From assembly GCA_030641665.1 (NCBI GenBank), contig DAOWHA010000053.1, positions 1 through 40,238 of the forward strand: a DNA stretch of 40,238 nucleotides, read 5' to 3'. Source of the stretch: a bacterium (GTDB lineage: Bacteria > Patescibacteriota > Patescibacteriia > JAACEG01). Below, piece by piece: positions 1 to 9,683 of the stretch. The notes under the pieces are model-generated. The model was given only the letters and a program-made list of their open reading frames with translations. It did no database searches and was not told the DNA's origin. Within the stretch, counting starts at the first letter, position 1. Each line of letters begins with the position of its first letter. The position numbers and the translations under genes were made by a program.

Positions 1-499
1 GAGATTTTGTGACTTGTTTAAAATTTTTAATTTCTTTAAATTTAACCAAATCTTCTTTGGTAATTTGAATTACCTGTTGGATAACTTTAATTTTTGGCAA
101 TTTTTCATATAGAGACATAATTTTTAAAAAACTATGCTCGGAGATAAGATAAATCTGAAAATTTTTATTAAAGAATCGCTCTTTTAATTGAGAAATGAAT
201 TGAATCGTATTTTCATCAGTTAAATTCACGGCTCCGATGCGCGCTTCTTTTCCGCCATAATAAAAGCATGCCATTTTATATTTTTCAGCATTTTCTTGAT
301 CTATAATCTTAAGAGCTTCAGGAGCGATTGGAAAATTTGATAAATCAATATAATTATACCCGATTTGAGCCGCTTTTGCCTTTATCATCCTTTCTTTGTT
401 TGCGATTTTTATCGCATCCATGCTAAAATTTAATTTTTCCAAGACATCTTTTTTTGCGATTTGCGCTTTTTGTTTGCCGTTGCTGGCATTCTCTTCCAT
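1..499 (-). CDS. N-terminal part of a GspE/PulE/PilB-family pilus/T2SS assembly ATPase (runs off the window)
   Basis: Not in the ORF track; my translation from ATG at 499 is MEENASNGKQKAQIAKK...GYNYIDLSNFPIAPEALKIIDQENAEKYKMACF..., open to the edge. The YIDL..FPI.PEAL..I pattern resembles the T2SSE N-terminal domain. The ATPase domain lies outside the window. Confidence 0.65.
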   Translation of the reverse strand, partial: MEENASNGKQKAQIAKKDVLEKLNFSMDAIKIANKERMIKAKAAQIGYNYIDLSNFPIAPEALKIIDQENAEKYKMACFYYGGKEARIGAVNLTDENTIQFISQLKERFFNKNFQIYLISEHSFLKIMSLYEKLPKIKVIQQVIQITKEDLVKFKEIKNFKQVTKS

Positions 500-537
500 A
501 ATATAATATTTAGTTAGATTCGTTGAATAACAAGATA

Positions 538-1530
538 TTATTCAGCGCGTCTCTTTATTTTATTAAATAATTTTCCAATCAAACTAAACTGCCTCCCTTC
601 CGTTGTCAGTTTCATAAACATTGAAATCCAAACAGCGTAATTGTAGGAAACAAGCATAGCGATCATCCATAAAGCTATCAAACTTGTTAAAATCGGAATA
701 AAAATAAATAGGAACGCAAAACTTATTCCACTGGATAAAAAAATGCTAAAAATTCCCATAGAAGATATTGGAAGCAATAGAATTAAAATTATCCATTTGA
801 TCGCTATTTGCGCTATAAAATTTATAATAAATAGAAAAAAAGCCGCTTCAATCGTAATAACCCAATTGTCTAAAAATAGATTAAATCCATCCTTAATAGC
901 GCTTAGATAATTTTTCCCCTGAAGTATAATAAATGATAGCGCGTATTTAGTGATCAAAGAAACAAAGAGTATTATTAGGATGAAAATCGTTGAAAGCAGA
1001 AACCAGCTAAAAAAACTTATGCTTTTAATAAGAAAAGCGAAATAGAATAATCCAAACAGAAAAGAGACGCTCCAAACTATGGATTTATTGATAATATTAA
1101 GGTTGAGCGTCTGCCAAAAATTATCTCGTCCGATTTTTATGCTTTGCCCCAAGTTAGTTTTTTCTTTGCTGTTTAATTTGAAAATAGAATAAACAATTCC
1201 GCCCTGAGATATTACTGACAGCCAGACAAACAGCAAAAATATGCTGATAATAAATATTAAAATCAATAGAGAAGCGATAATCGCCAGCGGATCAGCAGAG
1301 ATGATATTTTGCAAGTTTGCCAAAGTGGCTGATTGAAAAAAGCCGGTATCGTAAACGCGCCAAATCAAACTATCTTTGTCGGTTATTATTTCGCTAAAAC
1401 TGGTTGAAATAAAATCATATCCTTCGCCGGCTAAAAATAGGATAAAAAGCCCTAATACCCATAAAAATTTATTTTTCCAAATTAATTTTAGCGGTTTTAA
1501 AAAAAGCGCGCGATAAAAATTTTGATTCAT
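538..1530 (-). CDS. Multi-pass integral membrane protein of unknown function
   Basis: 330-aa ORF with about 6-7 hydrophobic segments; WKNKFLWVLG N-terminus. Confidence 0.75.
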   Translation of the reverse strand: MNQNFYRALFLKPLKLIWKNKFLWVLGLFILFLAGEGYDFISTSFSEIITDKDSLIWRVYDTGFFQSATLANLQNIISADPLAIIASLLILIFIISIFLLFVWLSVISQGGIVYSIFKLNSKEKTNLGQSIKIGRDNFWQTLNLNIINKSIVWSVSFLFGLFYFAFLIKSISFFSWFLLSTIFILIILFVSLITKYALSFIILQGKNYLSAIKDGFNLFLDNWVITIEAAFFLFIINFIAQIAIKWIILILLLPISSMGIFSIFLSSGISFAFLFIFIPILTSLIALWMIAMLVSYNYAVWISMFMKLTTEGRQFSLIGKLFNKIKRRAE

Positions 1531-1607
1531 AATTTTAAAACTTAATTATTTATAAACTATTCATATATTACCATTTTTTAAAAAATCTGTAAATAAACAA
1601 ATATATC

Positions 1608-1616
1608 TGTTATAAT
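1608..1616 (+). promoter_or_regulatory. Extended -10 promoter (TGnTATAAT) for rsmA
   Basis: TGTTATAAT at 1608-1616 in the divergent intergenic region, just before the rsmA ATG. Confidence 0.45.
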
Positions 1617-1621
1617 AAACA

Positions 1622-2488
1622 ATGCTTAATAATTTTAGATCTATGCTTCAGCAGGAGACAAAAACAGCTTTAAAAAAATATAACATTTCCCTAAAGCATA
1701 AATTCGGGCAAAATTTTTTGACCGATGCGAAAATTTTAGATAAAATAATAAAAACAGCCGATCTAAAAAAAGAAGACGCGATTTTAGAAATAGGCGCTGG
1801 CGTCGGAACGCTCACAAGAGAGTTGGCGAAAAAAGTTAAAAAAATAATTGCGGTTGAGATTGACAGAGGATTGGTTAAAATTTTGCGGAAAATATTCAAT
1901 AAGACAGATAATGTTGAAATTATTGAAAAAAATATATTGAGCAGCGAATTTAAAGTTGAGAATTTTAAAGACATTAAAAATTCGTATAAAATTGTAGCTA
2001 ACCTTCCGTATAATATTACATCGCGATTTATTAGAAAATTTTTATCAGACGAAAAAATAAGACCGCAAGAGATGGTTTTAATGGTTCAGAAAGAAGTCGC
2101 GGAAAGAATAACCGCTAAACAGGGGCAGATGAGTTTATTGTCGGTCTCATGCCAATTTTACGCTGATTGCGAGTTAGCGTTTTTTGTAAGCAGAAAAAGT
2201 TTTTTGCCAATTCCGAAAGTGGACAGCGCGGTTGTTAAATTAAAAATTAAAGACTGCAGGTTGAAAATAGATGAAAAATATTTTTTTCAAATTGTTAAAG
2301 CAGGGTTCTTCAGCAGAAGAAAAAAATTGAAAAGCAATTTAGCAAAAGGGCTGGATATTAAAAAAGAAGATATTAATAAAATTTTTATCAAATTAAAGCT
2401 CGGAGAAAATATACGAGCGCAGGAACTAGGCGTTGAAGACTGGATAAAATTTTACTGGAATATAAAATTTAAAAAAAATGAAAAATAA
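1622..2488 (+). CDS. rsmA: 16S rRNA m6,2A dimethyltransferase RsmA/KsgA
   Basis: GQNFL, LEIGAGVG, VEID, ANLPYNIT, MVQKEVAERI, PKVDSA and RRKKL motifs. Start may be the second ATG (1643). Confidence 0.97.
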   Translation: MLNNFRSMLQQETKTALKKYNISLKHKFGQNFLTDAKILDKIIKTADLKKEDAILEIGAGVGTLTRELAKKVKKIIAVEIDRGLVKILRKIFNKTDNVEIIEKNILSSEFKVENFKDIKNSYKIVANLPYNITSRFIRKFLSDEKIRPQEMVLMVQKEVAERITAKQGQMSLLSVSCQFYADCELAFFVSRKSFLPIPKVDSAVVKLKIKDCRLKIDEKYFFQIVKAGFFSRRKKLKSNLAKGLDIKKEDINKIFIKLKLGENIRAQELGVEDWIKFYWNIKFKKNEK

Positions 2489-3125
2489 TAAATATTTAAA
2501 AAAAGATAGAAAAAAATCAAAAACAAACGATAATGTGATTTATGTTTTTATAGATGCGTCAAATTTATGGCAAGCGCAAAAAGCCAAAGGCAGATTTTTG
2601 GATTATGAAAAAATTATAAAATATATAAAACAAAATTTTAAAGCGTCTTTTGTTAAAATTTTTTATTATACTGCTTATCCTGCTGATGGCACAAGAAGTT
2701 ATAATTTAGAAGGAAAGCATAGATTTTTTACTTTTTTAAAAAAAGGGCTTGGTTTTGAAGTTAGGAAAAAGAGATTAAAAAGAATAAATATTATTGATGA
2801 ATATGGAGAATCTATTAAAGAAAAAGGCGATATGGATGTAGAAATAACAATTGACGCAATGCATCATTTAAAAAAATATGGTATTGCGATTTTTTTAACT
2901 GGCGATTCTGATTTTTTATCATTAATATCTTATTTAAAAAAGAGCAATAAAAAAGTATATATATTTTCTTCAAAAAATAATATCTCCGAAGAATTAAGAA
3001 CTGGCGGAGACGGATATTCTGATGTTTTGGATATAGAAGATATTTGGGGCAGAAAATTAAAACGCAGAGAGGAAAAAACAGATAAAAAAATCACCCTCCG
3101 CATGGAGGGTGACCCTAGGATGTGA
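2478..3125 (+). CDS. NYN domain (LabA/DUF88, PIN-like) ribonuclease
   Basis: FIDASNL, EKGDMDVEITIDA and LTGDSDF acidic catalytic motifs. Confidence 0.92.
   Translation: MKNNKYLKKDRKKSKTNDNVIYVFIDASNLWQAQKAKGRFLDYEKIIKYIKQNFKASFVKIFYYTAYPADGTRSYNLEGKHRFFTFLKKGLGFEVRKKRLKRINIIDEYGESIKEKGDMDVEITIDAMHHLKKYGIAIFLTGDSDFLSLISYLKKSNKKVYIFSSKNNISEELRTGGDGYSDVLDIEDIWGRKLKRREEKTDKKITLRMEGDPRM
3084..3112 (-). terminator. Rho-independent terminator, minus strand
   Basis: TCACCCTCC-GCAT-GGAGGGTGA 9-bp stem at 3091-3112, with A7 at 3084-3090 (U7 on the minus strand). Confidence 0.75.
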
Positions 3126-3158
3126 TACCCTAACAGTTCTGTGAATAAACTGAAAGAT
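3084..3158 (-). ncRNA. Putative ~75-nt structured small RNA antisense/convergent to the NYN gene 3' end
   Basis: Bounded by a minus-strand TTGACA-N16-TATAAT (3192-3165) and a terminator hairpin plus U7 (3112-3084). Internal hairpins CAGTT/AACTG and TAGG/CCTA. 5' end approximate. Confidence 0.55.
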
Positions 3159-3164
3159 GATTAA

Positions 3165-3192
3165 ATTATATACTATCTAAATAAAATGTCAA
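3165..3192 (-). promoter_or_regulatory. Consensus sigma70 promoter facing the NYN 3' end
   Basis: Plus-strand TGTCAA (3187-3192) and ATTATA (3165-3170) read TTGACA/TATAAT on the minus strand with a 16-nt spacer. Confidence 0.65.
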
Positions 3193-3219
3193 ATAAATTT
3201 TATTAAAAATTAAAGCCTT

Positions 3220-4185
3220 ATGCTGCCAAATAGATTAAAAAAAGGAGACACAATCGGGATTATTACGCCTTCAAAACCGATATTGAAAAATCAAAAAATG
3301 ATTATAAATAACGCGATAAAATATCTTAAAACGATAGGGCTGAATACGGTTTTTTCAAAAAATGCGTTTTTAAAAGACAAATATGGCGTATCTGGCGGAA
3401 CCGCGAAAGAAAGAGCCAATGATATTAATAATTTGTTTTCCGATAAAAAGATTAACGCTATTTGGTGCGTTCAAGGAGGAGAGACCGCAAACGAAATTCT
3501 TGATTTGATTGATTATGAGTTGATTAAGAAAAATCCAAAAATATTTTTAGGCAAAAGCGATATAGATTTGCTTCATTTAGCAATAAATAAAAAAACGGGA
3601 TTGATAGTTTTTCATTCTCCTGATATTAAAATTGGGAAAAAGCTAGATATGGATTTTAAATATTCAAAAAAATGGTTTATCAAACGGATGTTTAATGGAA
3701 AGATTGACAAAATTGAAAAGTCAACAGATTGGAAAATAATTCGCAACGGCAGCGCAGAAGGAAAAATTGTCGGCTGTAATTTAAGTTCTATTTTAAAACT
3801 TGCCGGAACAGAATATTTTCCAAATTTTAAAAATACAATTTTGTTTTTAGAAGGTTATATGAGTGATATAAAAACGATTATTTATAAATTGACACAATTA
3901 AAACAGACAGGTGTTTTTGAAAAAATTACAGGAATAGTCATTGGGTATATCTATGGTTTTCAGGATAAAAAGCAATTACAACAAAACCCCAAATTAGACA
4001 AAGACGGAAATAAAGTAAATTATGAAGATATAATTTTGGATATTGTAAAAAATTATAATTTTCCGATTTTGAAAATTAACGAATTCGGGCATTGCTGTCC
4101 GAACGCAATACTGCCGATCGGGGTTAAAGTTAGATTAGACGCGACGAACAAAAAAATTGTCATTTTAGAAAATTGCGTTAAGTAA
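3220..4185 (+). CDS. LD-carboxypeptidase / MccF-like peptidase family S66
   Basis: LKKGDTIGIITPS start; catalytic Ser (GKSD), Glu (LFLEG) and His (FGH); LPIG. Confidence 0.92.
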   Translation: MLPNRLKKGDTIGIITPSKPILKNQKMIINNAIKYLKTIGLNTVFSKNAFLKDKYGVSGGTAKERANDINNLFSDKKINAIWCVQGGETANEILDLIDYELIKKNPKIFLGKSDIDLLHLAINKKTGLIVFHSPDIKIGKKLDMDFKYSKKWFIKRMFNGKIDKIEKSTDWKIIRNGSAEGKIVGCNLSSILKLAGTEYFPNFKNTILFLEGYMSDIKTIIYKLTQLKQTGVFEKITGIVIGYIYGFQDKKQLQQNPKLDKDGNKVNYEDIILDIVKNYNFPILKINEFGHCCPNAILPIGVKVRLDATNKKIVILENCVK

Positions 4186-4219
4186 AAAATAAATTAAATT
4201 TTACAAAAAAAATAATTTT

Positions 4220-6727
4220 ATGGATTCTTTAATTCAACAAGCGATTTTTTTAGTTTTCGCGTTTATCGGGGTAATTCTTTTTTTCGCGCTGGCTTTTCTG
4301 CTTGTAAAACATTATTTACAAGCTGGCGATCATCTCCCAGTTTTGTTTAGAAAAGTTGTCCTATTAGTTATGGTGCCGAGAGAAGCGGCAAGCAAAGACG
4401 CCAGTGAAAAAGGGATTACTCTGCAATTAATTCAGGAAAAAATTGGAATAATGGAGACAATTTACGCTAACACAAGCGGATTAAGGGCGAAACGAAGTTT
4501 GAAATCTTTGCTTTTGGGCAGAAACGACCACCTTTCTTTTGAGATTGTAATTAAAAACGGAACTATATCTTTTTATATAGCCGCGCCGAAATACCTTAAA
4601 CAATATATAATTCAGCAGGTTCAGGCGCAATATTCAGACGCGCATATTGAAGAAGTGGAAGATTATAATATTTTTTCGCCGCAGGGATTTATTGACGGCG
4701 TTTATCTGAAATTTACAAAAAATTTTTTGTTTCCGATAAAAACCTATAAAAATCTGCAAGCAGATCCTTTAAACGCAGTTATAAACACTTTAAGCAAAAT
4801 GGAAGATGATGACGGCGCGGCAATTCAGTTCACAATAAGACCGACAAAAGGCGATTGGCGAAGTTGGGGAACTAAGACGGCGGCTGAGGTAAGGCGCGGG
4901 AAAAGCTTAAACGAAGCGGTAAAAGCAAAAGGAGATTTCAAGTCAGAAATTGCCGGCGGCTGGGGAGGCGATTTAAAAAATTCCATTTTTGGCGGGCATA
5001 AAAAAGACGAAATGAGCATTCGCCAAAATGAGCCGTATCGCCCATCTCAGATGGAAGAAGAGTCAGCTAAAAGCATAGAAGAAAAAGTGTCTAAAGCAGG
5101 GCTAGAAGTTAATATCAGAATTATAGTTTCGGCTGACAAAAAAGAACAGGTAAAAATGTATCTTGATAACATCGTCAACAGTTTCGGTCAGTATAATATT
5201 TATCAATACGGAAACAGCTTTCAGGTTTCGCGCGCGTTTACGCAAAAAAAGCTGATTGACGATTTTATCTACCGCAATTTTAACGACAAGAAAAAAATAA
5301 TCGTGAATTCCGAGGAGATGGCATCGCTTTTTCATTTTCCGATCAGCGGCGCAACTCAGATGCCGAATATCAACTGGCTCTCTTCCAAAGAAGCTCCAGC
5401 GCCTGCGGATATGCCGAAAGAAGGAATAATTTTGGGAAAAAATATCTATCGCGACATAGAAACAGAAGCAAGAATAGCCCCGGATGACCGCTCGCGGCAT
5501 ATTTATGTTATTGGAAAATCTGGAACAGGGAAATCTGTTTTGCTGGCGAATATGGCGCGCAGCGATATTTTAAACGGTGACGGCGTCGCTGTAATTGATC
5601 CGCACGGCGACTTGATTGAAGATGTTATGTCCGCTATTCCGCCTGAGCGCGCCGAAGATGTCATTTATTTTAATCCGTCTGATGTTGACAGGCCGATGGG
5701 GCTTAATTTGCTGGAATATGATAAAAAATATCCAGAGCAGAAAACATTTGTCATCAATGAGATGATAAATATTTTTGACAAACTGTATAATCTGAAAAAT
5801 ACCGGCGGACCGATGTTTGAGCAGTATATGCGAAATTCTATGCTTTTGATAATGGACGATCCTGAAAGCGGATCAACCTTGATGGAAATTTCCAAAGTGC
5901 TGGTTGATCCTGATTTTAGAAAATACAAATTAAGCAAGACCACTAATCCAGTCGTGCGCGACTTCTGGCAGAAAGAAGCGGAAAAGGCGGGCGGGGACGC
6001 GGCTCTGGCGAATATGGTTCCGTATATTACGAGCAAACTTAACGCTTTTGTCGCCAATGATATGATGAGGCCGATTATCGGGCAGCAGAACAGCGCTTTT
6101 AATTTCAGGAAGATTATGGACGAAAAAAAGATTTTACTGGTGAATTTAAGCAAAGGAAGAATCGGTGATTTTAATTCTTATCTGCTCGGAATGGTTATCG
6201 TAGGAAAAATTTTAATGGCGTCGCTTTCGCGGACAGATATTCCGAAAGAAGAGCGAAAGGATTTTTATTTCTATCTTGACGAATTCCAGAATTTTATCAC
6301 AGAGAGCATCTCCGTGATTTTATCAGAAGCAAGAAAGTATCGTTTAAATTTAACGATCGCGCATCAATATATCGGGCAGTTGGTTCGGGATCAGGACGCT
6401 TCTATCCGCAACGCTGTTTTTGGAAACATCGGAACAATGGTTTCATTTAAAGTCGGAGCGGAAGACGCGGAATTTTTAGTCAAGGAATTCGCGCCTGTTT
6501 TTGACGCTTATGATTTAGTTAATATTGATAAATACAACGCCTATGTAAAACTGATTATAGATAATCAGCCGACCAGAGCGTTTAACATAAAGACGACGCC
6601 CTTGAAAGAATACGATTATAATAATTCGGAAAAAATTAAAAACTTGTCGCGTCTGAAATACGGAAGAGATAAATCAGTCATAGAAGCGGAGATTTTGAAA
6701 AGAATGAAACTTTCGGCCAAAAGATAA
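4220..6727 (+). CDS. Membrane-anchored TraG/VirD4/HerA-like (DUF87) ATPase of the type widespread in CPR
   Basis: N-terminal TM; RHIYVIGKSGTGKS Walker A; IDPHGD; YLDEFQNF Walker B; LSEARKYRL; AHQYIGQL. Confidence 0.9.
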   Translation: MDSLIQQAIFLVFAFIGVILFFALAFLLVKHYLQAGDHLPVLFRKVVLLVMVPREAASKDASEKGITLQLIQEKIGIMETIYANTSGLRAKRSLKSLLLGRNDHLSFEIVIKNGTISFYIAAPKYLKQYIIQQVQAQYSDAHIEEVEDYNIFSPQGFIDGVYLKFTKNFLFPIKTYKNLQADPLNAVINTLSKMEDDDGAAIQFTIRPTKGDWRSWGTKTAAEVRRGKSLNEAVKAKGDFKSEIAGGWGGDLKNSIFGGHKKDEMSIRQNEPYRPSQMEEESAKSIEEKVSKAGLEVNIRIIVSADKKEQVKMYLDNIVNSFGQYNIYQYGNSFQVSRAFTQKKLIDDFIYRNFNDKKKIIVNSEEMASLFHFPISGATQMPNINWLSSKEAPAPADMPKEGIILGKNIYRDIETEARIAPDDRSRHIYVIGKSGTGKSVLLANMARSDILNGDGVAVIDPHGDLIEDVMSAIPPERAEDVIYFNPSDVDRPMGLNLLEYDKKYPEQKTFVINEMINIFDKLYNLKNTGGPMFEQYMRNSMLLIMDDPESGSTLMEISKVLVDPDFRKYKLSKTTNPVVRDFWQKEAEKAGGDAALANMVPYITSKLNAFVANDMMRPIIGQQNSAFNFRKIMDEKKILLVNLSKGRIGDFNSYLLGMVIVGKILMASLSRTDIPKEERKDFYFYLDEFQNFITESISVILSEARKYRLNLTIAHQYIGQLVRDQDASIRNAVFGNIGTMVSFKVGAEDAEFLVKEFAPVFDAYDLVNIDKYNAYVKLIIDNQPTRAFNIKTTPLKEYDYNNSEKIKNLSRLKYGRDKSVIEAEILKRMKLSAKR

Positions 6728-6955
6728 AAAATTAGCGATATTTGAAGGCAAAAAATTCGTCGGATTTGGAATGAAAAAAAAGAAGAATGGTATTTTTCAG
6801 TTGTGGATATTGTAGCCGTCTTAACGGATCAGGCAAACTTTCAGTTAGCCAGAAATTATTGGAAAGTGTTAAAGAATCGTCTAAAAAAGAAGAAAGCGAA
6901 GTGGTTACAAAATGTAACCGGTTGAGAATGGAAGCAGAAGATGGAAAATTTTATT
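6723..6955 (+). pseudogene. Frameshifted, truncated Bro-N / phage antirepressor-like gene
   Basis: Joining three frames gives [10 protein letters not shown]|[45 protein letters not shown]|[21 protein letters not shown]. Both shifts are in A-runs; no in-frame start and no C-terminal part. Confidence 0.8.
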
Positions 6956-6979
6956 TAGTTAAAAATAACAAATCCGCGA

Positions 6980-7438
6980 ATGCATAAATACACAAAAATT
7001 ATTTTAATCAATTTTGTTGGGATTTTTTTGTTTGCTTTGGATAGGTTTAGCAAGAATTATATATTTAAAAATCCGGACGCGTTTCAAAATTTTTCAATTA
7101 AAAATCTGCTTCAAATAATTTTGAGCAGAAATTATAATTTAGCATTAGGAGTAAAAATAAACAATATTTTATTATATGTTTTGGTTTTAGCCGCTATTTT
7201 TTTGTTAATCTATTTTTTATATAAAAATTATCAAAAGCAAAATTTTATAAATATTTTAATTATCACGATAGTTCTTTGCGGCGCGATTTCAAACTTATTG
7301 GACAGAATTCTGCACGGCTTTGTTATTGATTTTATAAGCGTCCCATGGTTTTCCGTTTTTAATTTCGCTGATTGCTATATTACGATTGGAATTTGCGCGC
7401 TGGCTGCCAGGAGTTATTTAAAGAAAGAGATTATATAA
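6980..7438 (+). CDS. lspA: Signal peptidase II (lipoprotein signal peptidase)
   Basis: LDRFSK, GAISNLLDRI, VIDFI and FNFADC motifs with TM segments. Confidence 0.93.
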   Translation: MHKYTKIILINFVGIFLFALDRFSKNYIFKNPDAFQNFSIKNLLQIILSRNYNLALGVKINNILLYVLVLAAIFLLIYFLYKNYQKQNFINILIITIVLCGAISNLLDRILHGFVIDFISVPWFSVFNFADCYITIGICALAARSYLKKEII

Positions 7439-8387
7439 GTTGTGTGAATAGCAACTCTGGCGAGAAATATCCTTGTTTTAATTTTATGTCTATTTTTAAA
7501 AGTTTGCGATAAATATTTTTTATTTCTGTTATACTATAATTAGATGCTTGAGTTTTAAGTTTTTGCGCCACGAACGGATGGACTTTGATTTCAACCGCTA
7601 AATTAGCTGTCGGATTTTTTGCAAGCAAACTTTTCGCCCGCGCCATCATTCTGAATTGCCTGATTAAAAATGTTAGAATATAAGCAGGCTCTACGCCAGA
7701 CGATAGATATTCATCAGCCAATTTAATAAACAGCCTCCTGTTTTTATTCGCCGCCGCGTCCGTTAGATCAAAAATTTTCTGGTCAAATTTTTCTTCCGAT
7801 AACAGTTTTATATCAGCAATTGTTATATTTTGGCTGTTTTTATACGCTTTTAATTTATTAATTTCATTGTTCATTCTCCATAAATCGTTTCCGACGAATT
7901 CAACAAGCAACTTCGCGGCATCATCGCTAATGCTTATCCTGTTTTTTACCCAAGCAAGCAATTCATTTTTAGACAGCAGCTGGAATTCATAAGAGTATTT
8001 TATGGTTTTTAAATATTTTAAAAGTTGTCCAGACAGTTTTTTGCCGCGATATTTATCAGCCGAAACCGAGCCGAGCGCTTCCCAAAAAATAATAATATTT
8101 ATCTGAGTTACATTTGCGCTATGATTTTTGGCTAAATCCATAATATTTTTAGTATCCTGCTTATCCTTGTTTTTTTCTATTAAATTTTCTATAATCGCCA
8201 TTCTTTTTTCAACCAAAAAACCTCCAGACGCCATTGCCTGCTTAAAAGTTTCAGCGTCCAATTTTTCGCCGTCCAGAACATCAATGTTTATTTGAGAATT
8301 ATCAATCTTTTTGGCGAATTTTTGCCGCAGCGCTTTTAATTTTTGTTTTGAGCGAAATGAGTCTTCGCCGCAGATGAAAATTAACAT
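7431..8387 (-). CDS. holA: DNA polymerase III delta subunit
   Basis: LIFICGEDSF start, GNDLWRMNNEINKL, IFDLTDA, HPFVAQK, IDIKLKQG. Confidence 0.92.
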   Translation of the reverse strand: MLIFICGEDSFRSKQKLKALRQKFAKKIDNSQINIDVLDGEKLDAETFKQAMASGGFLVEKRMAIIENLIEKNKDKQDTKNIMDLAKNHSANVTQINIIIFWEALGSVSADKYRGKKLSGQLLKYLKTIKYSYEFQLLSKNELLAWVKNRISISDDAAKLLVEFVGNDLWRMNNEINKLKAYKNSQNITIADIKLLSEEKFDQKIFDLTDAAANKNRRLFIKLADEYLSSGVEPAYILTFLIRQFRMMARAKSLLAKNPTANLAVEIKVHPFVAQKLKTQASNYSITEIKNIYRKLLKIDIKLKQGYFSPELLFTQLI

Positions 8388-8425
8388 ATTTTAATAATAA
8401 CAAAAAAAAACTAATTATCAAATTT

Positions 8426-9649
8426 ATGAATTGGATTAACCTTTTTCATATTTACCAGCCGCCAGAACAAATGCCCTTGATTTTAAAACAGGTCGCTAAA
8501 CAAAGTTATGTTCCGCTTTTTAGTTTTTTGAAATCAAATCCTAAAATCAAAATCACTTTGAATATCAACGCGTCTTTGTCCGAGCAGTTGCAAGAGCAGA
8601 ACATAGACAGCGTAATTAAAAATATCAGAATTTTAGCAGAAAGAGGACAAATTGAATTTACTGGCAGCGCCGCCTACCATCCTATTCTGCCATTTTTAAA
8701 TAAGAGCGAAATAACAAGGCAGATAGAGTTGAATTATAAAATTAATAGGAAAATAATCGGCGGCTATTATCAGCCGAAAGGATTTTTCTTGCCTGAATTA
8801 TGCTATAATATAAAAGTCGCTAAAATTATCAGCCAGTTAGGATACGAATGGATTGTTTTAGACGAGATAGCCTATAATTGCAAATTAGGCGATGCGGTTT
8901 TTAACAAAACTTATAAAATTAAAGGAACAAATTTGCTGGCGGTTTTTAGAAATCGCAATATCAGCAATCTTTTTTTCTTTGAATATGTTAAAAGTCCTTC
9001 GGATTTTTTTCAGGAGATTAAAAAAGACAAAAGATGCCGCAACAATTTAATCACTGTTACGGACGGCGAGAATTTAGGACATCATCATCCGCGAATGATG
9101 AAAATTTGGCAAAAAGCTATTTTACAAAAAGGAATTAAAACTATGCTGATGTCTGAATTATTAGAAAAACACAAACAAGTTGAAAAAATAAAGCCGTTGC
9201 AGTCTTCATGGGCGACAAGCGTTAAAAATGTAAGAAACAAAAATTTTTATCCGTTGTGGAAAAATCCTAATAACAGAATACACCAATTACAATGGAAGTT
9301 GTTAAAAATATCAGCAAACATTGTTAAAAGTTTAGATGAAAAATCCCAGGAGCATAGGCGCGCGATTTTACAATTTGATAAAAATTGCTTAAGCTGCCAA
9401 TTTTGGTGGGCTGCGGCAAGCCCGTGGTGGGATGCGGGATTTGTTAAATTTCGCGCCAAGAAAATTTTAAATTTTATAAACCGACATTCCAAAAACATAG
9501 AAGTAAAAGAGCAGGCAAAAAATTTATATAAACAGATTATAAAAACAGCCAAGGAGTGGGAAAAATCAGGGAGGATAAAAAAAATACAGGATGCGTGCCT
9601 CGCTGGCGAGCCGTATCAGATATATTTTTCAGGAAAAAAAATAAAATAG
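8426..9649 (+). CDS. Glycoside hydrolase family 57-like protein (paralog 1)
   Basis: HIYQP, IEFTGSAAYHPILP, GFFLPE, DGENLGHH, SCQFWWA. Confidence 0.88.
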   Translation: MNWINLFHIYQPPEQMPLILKQVAKQSYVPLFSFLKSNPKIKITLNINASLSEQLQEQNIDSVIKNIRILAERGQIEFTGSAAYHPILPFLNKSEITRQIELNYKINRKIIGGYYQPKGFFLPELCYNIKVAKIISQLGYEWIVLDEIAYNCKLGDAVFNKTYKIKGTNLLAVFRNRNISNLFFFEYVKSPSDFFQEIKKDKRCRNNLITVTDGENLGHHHPRMMKIWQKAILQKGIKTMLMSELLEKHKQVEKIKPLQSSWATSVKNVRNKNFYPLWKNPNNRIHQLQWKLLKISANIVKSLDEKSQEHRRAILQFDKNCLSCQFWWAAASPWWDAGFVKFRAKKILNFINRHSKNIEVKEQAKNLYKQIIKTAKEWEKSGRIKKIQDACLAGEPYQIYFSGKKIK

Positions 9650-9683
9650 ATTAAATAATTTTAATTAAATTAAATATAAATTT

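Noticed and set aside
4220-6727. Conjugative element suggested by the VirD4-like ATPase
   Set aside because: No relaxase, VirB genes or integrase; this ATPase type is a common chromosomal CPR gene.
6787-6987. 66-aa track ORF as a real gene
   Set aside because: Only its second half is in the Bro-N frame; it is an artefact of the frameshifted relic.
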